Shown: positions 29,257 through 38,163 of the stretch, one piece after another
Layout: each line of letters opens with the position of its first letter
Position numbering within the stretch: position 1 is the first letter of the stretch
NCBI GenBank assembly: GCA_963977415.1
Contig: CAXBOS010000007.1
Span: 89,851 to 153,850, forward strand
Source of the DNA: an uncultured Schleiferiaceae bacterium
GTDB taxonomy: Bacteria; Bacteroidota; Bacteroidia; Flavobacteriales; Schleiferiaceae
DNA length: 64,000 nt
Direction: 5' to 3'
Notes under the pieces: generated by a model
Seen by the model: the letters and a program-made list of their open reading frames with translations, nothing else
Databases searched by the model: none
What the model was told of the DNA's origin: nothing
Made by a program: the position numbers and the translations under genes

Positions 29257-31608
29257 TTAAATCGCAATTTTCAATTCATTCGCATAGATAGAGATACGCT
29301 CTAATAATAAGTCTTTACGCACTGGTTTAGTAAGGTAATCGTTCATCCCAATTTTAAAAACTCTTTGTTTGGTTTCTTGCATTGCATCGGCCGTAACCGC
29401 GATAATAGGAATTTGACGATAAGCCTCTCCTACAGCACCCCCTCTAATTGCCTCAGTGGTTTCGTAGCCATCCATTACCGGCATTTGCAAATCCATCAAT
29501 ATTAAGTCAAAGCGCTTTTCTTGCATTTGCGCTAAGGCTTCTTCCCCATTATTCGCAATTTGGATACTTAGAAATTCGGAAGATGCCAAGAGTTTTTTCA
29601 TGATCATCTGGTTCATTACATTATCTTCCACTACCAAGACGTGCATTTTCCCATCAGCCATTGCTTCTGGCATTTTCCCGAGTATATCATCAGCCTTAGC
29701 TTTCTCAACCACGGGTAGTTCTAGTGAAAACTCTACTTTGGTTCCTTGCGATTCAATACTTTGTATATCGATATTTCCTTTAAAAAGGGCAATCAAATGT
29801 TTTACGATCGTTAAGCCCAAGCCTAAACCGCCATAGCGACGCTTATTATTCAACTTCATTTGATTAAAACTTTCAAAAACACTGTCTAATTCTTCTTTTT
29901 TCATACCTATTCCTGTATCTATTATTTGTACTTTTAATTTACTTATTTCCTCCGTTACTTTCGTAGATGATAATTTTAATTGAATACTTCCTTTATGGGT
30001 AAATTTTGCCGCATTACTAAGGATATTATTTATTATTTGTCCAAAACGTTTTTCGTCGCCTCTTAATTTATTAGGTACAGAAGCATCCACTTCCCTAATA
30101 AATTCTATACCTTTTTTCCGCGCCTCGAGATCCCAACTATCGCAAACCTGTAGTACCACTTCACGTGGAGAGAAACTGAAGCTATTATCCATTTCTAAAT
30201 CATTCTTTTCGATGTGTTCGAAGTCAAGGATATCGCTCACTTTACTCAGTAAAGAATAGGATGCGCTTTTGATAATGCGATAGTTTTCGGCTAAGTCTGG
30301 GTCGCGTTTGTCTTCCAACAATTCGGTAGCCATTCCTAAGATGGCATTAATGGGTGTCCGTAATTCGTGGCTAATATTTGACATGAAATAGGACTTATAG
30401 TCATTCATTTCTTCCGACTTACGCAAGGCCTCTTTTTGAGATGCTTCCTTTTGGCGACGAAGCTTTGCAATTAAATTAGTCATGGATAAGGACAAGAAAA
30501 TAACCTCAAGTGTAATTCCAAACTTGGCACTATTTACCACGTAGAAATTATTGGGAAGTATCCCCAGGTTATTCATCACGAAACCTAAAAGTCCTAATAC
30601 CAAAAAGAGAATACCAACTAAGAAGTAAGAATCAACCGGCTTACGTTTAAAGTGGATGAAAACAATAGTTACCAGTATTAGCACCAAACTTAAAAAGCCA
30701 TTTATATTACTTAAGGGGTAAGCCAAGGCCAGACTGCTCTCATTAATAAAAAGTAAGACACCTATCATCGGGATGAGCACAAAAAACAATCGAAAAATGT
30801 GATTAAAATAGGGCGCCCACTTCTCCACTTTCAAGAAACTTTGGGTATACTTTAAAAGGAAAAAATTAGAAAACAAGGCGGATATTAAAACCATTCTAGC
30901 ATTAATATAAGACCCAGATGGGAAGACATACTGATAGATAAATCCGTCTAAAGCACCCTGCATTAAGGCAATGGAAATCACATAAATACCATAGAAAAGA
31001 AAGCTGTTTTCACGTAAGCTTGTGAAAAAGAAAAGGTAGATTAAGGCACTGATGGCTAACATCCCATAAAAGCCACCTAAAAAAGCTTGTTGCTTGTAGT
31101 TGCTTTGCCAAAATTCATCGGGGCTTTGCAGTTTCAAGCCTAAACTTAAAGTTTCGCCATCGCTTTTTAAGTGCAGGTAAAATTCCGTTTCACTATTGGC
31201 TGGAAGATCTATTTTAAAATTTGTATTTCGATGCGCTAAATCTCTTTCAGCAAACTGAATTTGATCGCCACTCTTCTTAAGCAACCAAGTAGCAGAAACC
31301 TTTTGGTACAAATCCGCTTCATCTGTCACCGGTCTTCCCGTCTCTATATAATAAGTCTTGGCTATACTCTCTTTATTAATCAAACTAAAATGCAACCAAT
31401 AATTATCAGTAGTAAAACCTTGATTCTGATTATCGGTATTAACCTCCACAAAATAAGACTCTTCTATTTCCTGAACCACCTGCAAACTAAGATTATCGCT
31501 ACCCGCATTATAAAATCGTAATTGCTTTAGGACTGACTCATCGGCAGCACATAGGGTAGCACTAGTGAAGCTAAGCGCGAAAAAGAGTAAAAACTTGAAG
31601 ATTTTCAT
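29257..31608 (-). CDS. 7TMR-DISM hybrid sensor histidine kinase / response regulator
   Basis: The start at 31608 gives the signal peptide MKIFKFLLFF. The protein has an extracellular domain plus 7 TM helices, an H-box SHELRTPINAILG, a G1 box DTGIGM and a receiver LILMDLQMPVMDG. Confidence 0.85.
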   Translation of the reverse strand: MKIFKFLLFFALSFTSATLCAADESVLKQLRFYNAGSDNLSLQVVQEIEESYFVEVNTDNQNQGFTTDNYWLHFSLINKESIAKTYYIETGRPVTDEADLYQKVSATWLLKKSGDQIQFAERDLAHRNTNFKIDLPANSETEFYLHLKSDGETLSLGLKLQSPDEFWQSNYKQQAFLGGFYGMLAISALIYLFFFTSLRENSFLFYGIYVISIALMQGALDGFIYQYVFPSGSYINARMVLISALFSNFFLLKYTQSFLKVEKWAPYFNHIFRLFFVLIPMIGVLLFINESSLALAYPLSNINGFLSLVLILVTIVFIHFKRKPVDSYFLVGILFLVLGLLGFVMNNLGILPNNFYVVNSAKFGITLEVIFLSLSMTNLIAKLRRQKEASQKEALRKSEEMNDYKSYFMSNISHELRTPINAILGMATELLEDKRDPDLAENYRIIKSASYSLLSKVSDILDFEHIEKNDLEMDNSFSFSPREVVLQVCDSWDLEARKKGIEFIREVDASVPNKLRGDEKRFGQIINNILSNAAKFTHKGSIQLKLSSTKVTEEISKLKVQIIDTGIGMKKEELDSVFESFNQMKLNNKRRYGGLGLGLTIVKHLIALFKGNIDIQSIESQGTKVEFSLELPVVEKAKADDILGKMPEAMADGKMHVLVVEDNVMNQMIMKKLLASSEFLSIQIANNGEEALAQMQEKRFDLILMDLQMPVMDGYETTEAIRGGAVGEAYRQIPIIAVTADAMQETKQRVFKIGMNDYLTKPVRKDLLLERISIYANELKIAI

Positions 31609-32044
31609 ATGATTGGTGTTTGTACTTTGATTTACGCAGAAGCGAGAAATTTGGATTTCTGAATGGCAAAAAAAAGATCCCATAATCCCTAAGACCTAGC
31701 ATACAACACTCCATCTCAATGAAATTTGAGCAAAAGCTTTTAAGTGATTCTTCATAAATAATGTTAAACCTAGATCGAGAAATTTAAGAACACCAGTTGA
31801 AACGAGGATGCTAACCAAGCTCTAGCTTAAAATAGCTTAGTATCACTTTTAATTCACTCTTTTTCATCACTCAATAGCTCTCAGATAGTTAGACTAAAAC
31901 TAAATAGTTAGACAAAGAGACTTATCATTAAATTTTTCGTAAATATTTGACTATAAATAGCTTATACTGAAAATACTTCCCTTTTTTCATTAGATATTTT
32001 ATGATTTAAGAAAAGAAGAGTCTAATTTTAGGGCAGGGAAAAGA

Positions 32045-35000
32045 ATGGGTTTAACAGGGAAGAACGTTCGTGTTTTGGTATCCTTAGTAGGTTACCTATT
32101 ATGCTTGTTTACACAGGCCCAATCTCCTTGTGCCCCACATGTAAATTTAGGAAGCAATATCAATTTCTGCTCAGGAAACACCCTTACTTTAAGTGCGTTT
32201 AATCCAAACTCCACCTATCTCTGGAGCACCGGATCTACTAGCCCAAGCATCACGGTTACTAGTACTGGCAGCTACTGGGTAGTAGTCACAAATTCTTGCG
32301 GAAGCGCCTCTGACACCATTGATATCCTTACCGCTACTCCTCTTTTTTTCAATCTTGGTCCCAATCAAACTCTTTGTGCGGGCAGCACCCTAAATCTTAA
32401 TATTCCTTTTCAAACCGGCACTACTTATCTCTGGAGTACTGGCTCTACCTCAAATACTATCAATGTAAATAGCGCTGGCACTTATTGGCTTAGGGCTGCG
32501 AATGCTTGCGGCGTTTTTACTGATACCATTACTGTTAACTACGATAGCCCCGCAAATTTTAATTTAGGGCCAAATCGGATCGTATGCTTAGGCACCAATG
32601 TAAACCTTAGTAGCGGCACAGCTAATGGCACACGACTTTGGAGTGATGGAAGTACTGGCAATAGCTTAAGCGTTAACAGTAGCGGTACTTATTGGGTAGA
32701 AGTAACTAATGCCTGTGGCGTTTTTAGAGATACTGTTTCGCTAAACTTTGTCAATAGCAATCAAATTTTCAGCTCCGATACTCTCAGCCTTTGTAGTGGC
32801 TCTAGCCTAAATTTGAATAGTAATTTAAGCGGTAGCTATTTATGGAGCACCGGCGCAAGCAGCACAAGTATTTCTGTGAATACGCCAGGACTTTATTGGC
32901 TGCAAATTACCGATGGCTGCGTAATTCGTGATAGTATTTATATAGAAGGGGTCCCTATTCCTAATCCATCTCTTGGAGCCGATACGACACTATGCGCGGG
33001 CCAAAGTCTAAGCTTAACTGACAACAGCTCTGGTTTTACTCGCCTTTGGAGTGATGGCTCATCAGGCGCAAGCCTCAACATTAATAGTGCAGGAAGCTAT
33101 TGGCTAAGATTGGATAATGGCTGTCAGTTTTACTACGACAGCATTACGGTAGGCTTCACTCCCAACTTTGTAAACTCGCTGGCAGACACTAGTCATCTTT
33201 GCCCGGGTGGCTCGCTAAGTTTTAATGCTGGTAATGCTGGGTCTAACACAAGCTATCTGTGGAGCAATGGGGATGTCAGTCAAAACGCCATCTACAGCAG
33301 TGTAGGTAACCATTGGTTGCGATTAAGTAATTCCTGTTTTACCGATACCTTTCACTTTGTGATTCTCGCCGATTCTAGTTTGAGTGTAAGCCTTGGACCT
33401 GATAATGTTAGCTCCTGCTCAAACAGTTATACCTTACAATTACAAGGCGCTTCTTTAAACGATAATATTCTCTGGTCTACCGGGCAAAGTCAGACTTTAA
33501 GCATAAATGCAAATAGCAGCGGGCAATATTGGGTACAGGTTAGCAATGCCTGCGGCACATCTAGCGATACGGTAAATTTACAATTGGTTGCGCCTCCACT
33601 AGGAATTACTCAAGACACTTTACTGCTTTGCTCCAACCCTGGATCTAGCGTACAGGCCAGTGCCATAAATCGCCCTTTCACGCATTGGCTTTGGGATAAT
33701 GGAGACACTACCCAAAGTACTATTTTGAATAGCAGCGGCTATCATAGTGTAATGGCTTTTAATTTCTGCGATACGATTTACGACTCTGTTTATGTAAAAA
33801 GTGTTTCATCGCTTAACTTCAGCCTAGGACCCGACACCACTCTTTGTCCAGGCGAAAGAATTCGTATTGACCTATCTGCTTTAAGCGCGGATAGTGTTAT
33901 TTGGAATAATGGCTCGCGGAACCCAGTTCGCAACCTTAGCTCTACCGGAACCTATAGTCTTACTCTTTATAGTGCCTGCGGAATTCAATGGGATACCTTA
34001 CAAATTACTGCTACCCCAAGTTTAAACACTTCACTTACAAACCAAGAAGTTTGCGCAGGCGACAGTGTCTTTTTCGATGCCTCCCAATTGGGGGCTTTAC
34101 ATTATTTATGGAATACAGGCGACATGAGTGCCGGAATCTGGGCGAGCAGCTCAGGAACTTATTCGGTAAGTATTTTTAATAATTGCGACACCTTAATTGA
34201 CTCGGCGCAGCTAAGCTTGGCGCAGCCCATTGTATTTAGCTTAGGGGCAGATACCACTGTTTGCGAGGGTGACGGAAAATTTGTTGACCTATCCAATTTA
34301 AATGCTGATGCAGTTTTATGGTCTAATGGCTCCACTTCCTTCAGTCGAAATTTGAATAATCCCGGAACCTATATAGCCACCCTTAGCAACATCTGCGGAA
34401 GCTATAGCGATACGATACTAATTTCTCAGACTTTAAAACCAATCCCGATTTTAAATGACACCACTATGTGCACGGGCACAAGTTTTCAGTTAAATGCAAG
34501 CCAAGCCCAAGCCAGTAATTACCTGTGGGACAACGGATCTACCACGAGTATCCGCACGGTAAATGGCGCAGGAACCTATTGGGTAAGTATTCGCAATGCT
34601 TGCGACACCCTGATAGATACGGTAGTAGTTAATGAGGTGCAAAGTATTGTTTACGATTTAGGACCCGACACCACCTTCTGCGCGGGTGGAGCAAAGTTTA
34701 TTGATCTTAATGCCTTTGTGGCGGATAGTATACACTGGTCCGATGGCAGTGGTCTCTGGCAAAGGACCATAACTAACTCAGGTCAATACGTTGCCACCAT
34801 TTACAATAGCTGTGGTGCTTTTGCCGATACCATAAATGTGCAAGTAACCCTTTTCCCGGAAAAGCGCTTATCTGACACGACCATCTGCAGTGGCAGCACC
34901 ATTAACTTAGATGTAAGTCAGGCGCAAGCTAGCAGCTATCTCTGGTCTAACGGATCTACCGCGAGTACCATAAACGTTAACAGCGGCGGGGTTTATTGGG

Positions 35001-36631
35001 TAAGTATTCGCAATGCCTGCGACACTATTATTGATAGTATAAATATAATCGAAGACCAGCCTCTACAAAGTTTGAATCTGGGAAATGATACTATTTTCTG
35101 CTCCGGCAATTTGACGCTCGATGCAGGTAGTCATTCTAATGCCACCTATCTATGGCAAGACGGCAGCACGGGGCGGCAATTCACTACATCGGGAACAGGG
35201 ACTTATTTTGTGGAAGTGCAAAACGCCTGTGGAATTTTACGAGACACTATAAATGTATTGGTTACTGGTCCCCCTCAAATTATACTGGGTGATTTTGTAC
35301 AATATTGTGATAATAATACCTTGACCCTTAGCGCTCAAAATCCGGGTAGCAGCTATTTATGGAGCACGGGCGACACCACTCAAACGGTCAGTATCAGTTC
35401 ACCGGGACCCTATTGGGTTACCATAACTAATCCCTGTGGTACGGCTAGCGACACCATTATCGCCCAAGTAGAATCGCCGCCGCAGCTGCCCTTTTTACAA
35501 AATGATACGCTCATTTGCTTGGGCGATACTATTGAGTTAAACACAGGCTATCCCAATATGTCTACGCTATGGAGCGATGGCAGCCGAGACTTTCGTCTTG
35601 AAGTTGACCGGGCTGGAAATTATTCGGCCATAATTAGCAATTCCTGCGGCAACTTTAAGGATACGATCGCGATAAGTGTTTGGAGCAATCCTCTGCCTTT
35701 TGATTTAGGAGCAGACACTAGCATTTGTGCTAATAGCAGCAGCATTAGCATTGGCACTGATGTAGATGCGGTTTCCTACCTCTGGAGCACTGGCGCCACA
35801 AGCGATAGTATAACCGTTAGCCAATCTGGGACTTATACCTTAACTACTACTGACTTTTGCGGTTACACGTTTAGCGACAGCATTACAATTGACGGACATA
35901 ATCCTTTAAATATCGACTTAGGCGATAATCAGACCATTTGCGCAGGAGACAGCTTGCTTTTAGATGCCGGTGTTACTGAGCATGAAGTGGTATGGAACGA
36001 CGGCTTTGTTGGTCCTTTACGCAATGTTAATGAAGCAGGAGTTTATATTGCCACTAGCATTAATGCCTGCGGCACTTATCGAGATACGATTGAAATATTC
36101 ATTAAACCCATTCCCAGTTTTAGCGATCAAAATTTCCTCTTTTGTGAGGATGATTCGCTCTTGGTTAGAATTAGTGATATCATAGATAGCAGTGATTTCA
36201 ACTTTAACAATTACAGTATCTATTGGGAAGATGGCAGCGCTTTAGATGAACGCTATTTTTATGACGATGGCGATTTCACTCTGCTTTTCGAAGATTATTG
36301 CGAAGCCTATCCACTATACTTTCAGTTAGAAACTAAGCTTTGTTTTTGCCCCTTGTTTGTTCCCAATGCTTTTAGCCCTAATGGAGATGGGAAAAATGAA
36401 GTTTTCGGCGCCACGGGCGATTGCGAAGTAAGGGCCTATTCCATCGAAATCTTCAATCGTTGGGGCGAATCCATTTTCTTTTCGAGAGAAAAAGACCAGC
36501 ACTGGGATGGGAATCACAATGGCACGGCATCACCTGCTGGAACCTATTTTTACCGCATTATTTATGAATGGGCCGATCTTAAACGTGGTTATACCGAAGA
36601 GAAAACTGGTACGGTAACTTTAATTCGCTAA
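32045..36631 (+). CDS. Giant repeat adhesin-like protein with gliding-motility-associated (CHU_C / T9SS type B) C-terminal domain
   Basis: It has a signal peptide and 20 tandem modules of about 70-80 aa, each carrying (Y/R)LWSxGS...GxYWV...NxCG...DT. The C-terminal FVPNAFSPNGDGKNEVF...TYFY motif marks the type B sorting domain. Confidence 0.85.
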   Translation: MGLTGKNVRVLVSLVGYLLCLFTQAQSPCAPHVNLGSNINFCSGNTLTLSAFNPNSTYLWSTGSTSPSITVTSTGSYWVVVTNSCGSASDTIDILTATPLFFNLGPNQTLCAGSTLNLNIPFQTGTTYLWSTGSTSNTINVNSAGTYWLRAANACGVFTDTITVNYDSPANFNLGPNRIVCLGTNVNLSSGTANGTRLWSDGSTGNSLSVNSSGTYWVEVTNACGVFRDTVSLNFVNSNQIFSSDTLSLCSGSSLNLNSNLSGSYLWSTGASSTSISVNTPGLYWLQITDGCVIRDSIYIEGVPIPNPSLGADTTLCAGQSLSLTDNSSGFTRLWSDGSSGASLNINSAGSYWLRLDNGCQFYYDSITVGFTPNFVNSLADTSHLCPGGSLSFNAGNAGSNTSYLWSNGDVSQNAIYSSVGNHWLRLSNSCFTDTFHFVILADSSLSVSLGPDNVSSCSNSYTLQLQGASLNDNILWSTGQSQTLSINANSSGQYWVQVSNACGTSSDTVNLQLVAPPLGITQDTLLLCSNPGSSVQASAINRPFTHWLWDNGDTTQSTILNSSGYHSVMAFNFCDTIYDSVYVKSVSSLNFSLGPDTTLCPGERIRIDLSALSADSVIWNNGSRNPVRNLSSTGTYSLTLYSACGIQWDTLQITATPSLNTSLTNQEVCAGDSVFFDASQLGALHYLWNTGDMSAGIWASSSGTYSVSIFNNCDTLIDSAQLSLAQPIVFSLGADTTVCEGDGKFVDLSNLNADAVLWSNGSTSFSRNLNNPGTYIATLSNICGSYSDTILISQTLKPIPILNDTTMCTGTSFQLNASQAQASNYLWDNGSTTSIRTVNGAGTYWVSIRNACDTLIDTVVVNEVQSIVYDLGPDTTFCAGGAKFIDLNAFVADSIHWSDGSGLWQRTITNSGQYVATIYNSCGAFADTINVQVTLFPEKRLSDTTICSGSTINLDVSQAQASSYLWSNGSTASTINVNSGGVYWVSIRNACDTIIDSINIIEDQPLQSLNLGNDTIFCSGNLTLDAGSHSNATYLWQDGSTGRQFTTSGTGTYFVEVQNACGILRDTINVLVTGPPQIILGDFVQYCDNNTLTLSAQNPGSSYLWSTGDTTQTVSISSPGPYWVTITNPCGTASDTIIAQVESPPQLPFLQNDTLICLGDTIELNTGYPNMSTLWSDGSRDFRLEVDRAGNYSAIISNSCGNFKDTIAISVWSNPLPFDLGADTSICANSSSISIGTDVDAVSYLWSTGATSDSITVSQSGTYTLTTTDFCGYTFSDSITIDGHNPLNIDLGDNQTICAGDSLLLDAGVTEHEVVWNDGFVGPLRNVNEAGVYIATSINACGTYRDTIEIFIKPIPSFSDQNFLFCEDDSLLVRISDIIDSSDFNFNNYSIYWEDGSALDERYFYDDGDFTLLFEDYCEAYPLYFQLETKLCFCPLFVPNAFSPNGDGKNEVFGATGDCEVRAYSIEIFNRWGESIFFSREKDQHWDGNHNGTASPAGTYFYRIIYEWADLKRGYTEEKTGTVTLIR
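32129..36340 (+). repeat. 20 tandem coding repeats, including a 3 x 417-nt higher-order unit at 33812-35062
   Basis: The WS/WN-G motif was counted 20 times. Frame-exact 417-nt spacing separates LNFSLGPDTT (33812), IVFSLGADTT (34229) and IVYDLGPDTT (34646). The 32-mers at 34577-34608 and 34994-35025 differ at 1 position. Confidence 0.8.
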
Positions 36632-36724
36632 CAGTTCTTTATCCTTGATGCTGGCTAATTTAATCGCAGGAAAGACTATTTAATCTCCTAAAATTTGTAA
36701 ATTAGTTGACTATCTTCACTAATA

Positions 36725-37495
36725 ATGGCCAATATATCCATAAATGAATGGCACGAACTTACTGAATCAAACCCTTCTACAGACTCGGTAAAAAAAGAAG
36801 CTCTTTTTAAGTTTCTCATCTCTTTAGTATTAATTATTGCTTACTTAATATTTGCTGCATTGCAAGGGAATTCGGAAGACCTTCGATTAGCAAGTATTCT
36901 TCTTCCGCCAAATATTCTTGCTATGGTGATCATCGCCTTTAGTAAGGAAGCCAGAATTATAAGATGGGTCACCTATATAGCCATTATGATTTTCCTTGCT
37001 GCGTTTGCCTATATAGGGATAAGCTTAAACGACACTAGAGGCTTAATATATTATGTTTCCTTTTCCGTACTCTATAATTTCGAATTAGAGCGCCTTGCTT
37101 GGAACAAGTGGTTAATTATAATTTATGCAGCCTGTTCCATTATCCCCCTTTTCCTTTTTGATTTAGAAATGTTTTTACAAGTTTCTATTTCCCTAATTTT
37201 TCTTTTCATTAGTGGCATCGTTAATCAAGGAAACAAAAGAAGGCAAGAACTGCAACTGCTAAAGGAAAACCAAAAAGCTTATGAAGTATTCATATGGCAC
37301 TCCCGCTTAATAGAACATAATGTAATTAACTCTATCTCCAAATTAGTATATGTGTCGGAAATACTTAAGGCTCGTAATCCCAAACCAGACCAGGAAACCC
37401 GAGAGTTAATTGAAATAATTGACCAAGAAATTGCTCTAATCGAAAAGGTGATTCTAAAAACTGATAAAGAGTCTTTAAAACAATTTAAAATTTAA
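36725..37495 (+). CDS. Membrane protein with DHp-like helix but no ATPase domain (truncated histidine-kinase-like)
   Basis: It has about 5 TM helices and then RLIEHNVINSISKL, which resembles the HisKA_2/HWE H-box (HRVKN). The protein ends after the helical hairpin, with no N/G boxes. Confidence 0.45.
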   Translation: MANISINEWHELTESNPSTDSVKKEALFKFLISLVLIIAYLIFAALQGNSEDLRLASILLPPNILAMVIIAFSKEARIIRWVTYIAIMIFLAAFAYIGISLNDTRGLIYYVSFSVLYNFELERLAWNKWLIIIYAACSIIPLFLFDLEMFLQVSISLIFLFISGIVNQGNKRRQELQLLKENQKAYEVFIWHSRLIEHNVINSISKLVYVSEILKARNPKPDQETRELIEIIDQEIALIEKVILKTDKESLKQFKI

Positions 37496-37876
37496 GTGAT
37501 GACTAAGCTCTTTTTTATTGATGATGAACCCATCCTTCTCAAACTATGTCAGCTTTTTTTGGCAAGAATGGAAAACCTAGAAATCACCTACTTCGAAAGT
37601 GCCATTGACGCTTTAACGGAAATTGAAAAGGGCAATATCCCTAATCTAATTATTAGCGATATAAAAATGCCGAAGATGTCGGGTTTTGAATTGGCGAAAA
37701 CACTAATAAACAAAAGCTATATAAACAAGATAAAATTCTCTTACTGCACCTCTTTCGCTAGTCTACAAGATGCCAGCGACGTTTATAGTTTAGAACGCAA
37801 AGATTTATTGGATTTCCCTTTTTACAACAAACCCATTGGAAAGGACATTATTGACTTCATTGAAAAGCAGCTTTAA
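37496..37876 (+). CDS. Stand-alone receiver-domain response regulator (CheY-like)
   Basis: It has the motifs FFIDDEP, LIISDIKMPKMSG (phospho-acceptor Asp) and a conserved K region. The start is GTG/ATG at 37496/37499, immediately after the upstream stop. Confidence 0.7.
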   Translation: MMTKLFFIDDEPILLKLCQLFLARMENLEITYFESAIDALTEIEKGNIPNLIISDIKMPKMSGFELAKTLINKSYINKIKFSYCTSFASLQDASDVYSLERKDLLDFPFYNKPIGKDIIDFIEKQL

Positions 37877-37938
37877 GTAAAGTTCAAAGCCTCTTAAATG
37901 GGGAAAGCCATGAGATCAGGTAATGTATCGGTGAAAAC

Positions 37939-37984
37939 CAAAAAACCCTTGCTAATCTATTGACTAACAAGGGTTTTGATTTTG
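37939..37984. terminator. Bidirectional hairpin terminator
   Basis: aaaacccttg (37942-37951) pairs with caagggtttt (37968-37977). On the minus strand the hairpin is followed by T6, directly downstream of the tRNA 3'-end remnant. Confidence 0.6.
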
Positions 37985-37990
37985 TGATTG

Positions 37991-38010
37991 TGCCCCAGGC
38001 GGGACTTGAC
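37991..38010 (-). other. tRNA 3'-end remnant (T-loop/acceptor arm, tRNA-Leu-like); putative att core of the island
   Basis: The minus strand reads GTCAAGTCCCGCCTGGGGCA, which parses as part of a T-loop, T-stem CCCGC, acceptor CTGGGGC and discriminator A. There is no matching 5' acceptor strand (GCCCCAG), D arm or anticodon arm upstream, so it is not an intact gene. Confidence 0.5.
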
Positions 38011-38163
38011 ACACCTTCATCACCATTCACCCTAACACATCAAGACTACACGTAAACACCTTATTACAAGACTTATATACTGAAATGATTGTGAAATACG
38101 ATGAAGCAGAATGAGCCAAAATGCTATATTTGTTTCAGTAATGTTTCAGTAAATTTAAAACCT

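Noticed and set aside
31609-31683. Upstream extension (MGSFFCHSEIQISRF...) of the hybrid kinase ORF
   Set aside because: The internal ATG at 31608 gives a typical signal peptide (MKIFKFLLFFALSF), and the extension has no signal-like character.
32129-36340. Highly periodic repeats that might be mistaken for a CRISPR array or satellite
   Set aside because: The repeats are 210-240 nt, lie in a single 1528-codon open frame, and are conserved at the protein-motif level rather than as short identical DNA repeats with unique spacers.
37985-38075. Possible intact minus-strand tRNA gene next to the integrase
   Set aside because: Only the last ~20 nt (T-loop part, T-stem 3' strand, acceptor 3' strand) look like tRNA. 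The complementary 5' acceptor strand GCCCCAG, the T-stem 5' strand GCGGG and the D and anticodon arms are absent from the adjacent sequence. I therefore scored it as a remnant/att core.
38101-38163. Upstream extension (MKQNEPKCYICFSNVS...) of the integrase ORF
   Set aside because: Integrases of this family begin with the arm-binding motif (MSFSIRFEL...) found at the ATG at 38164.
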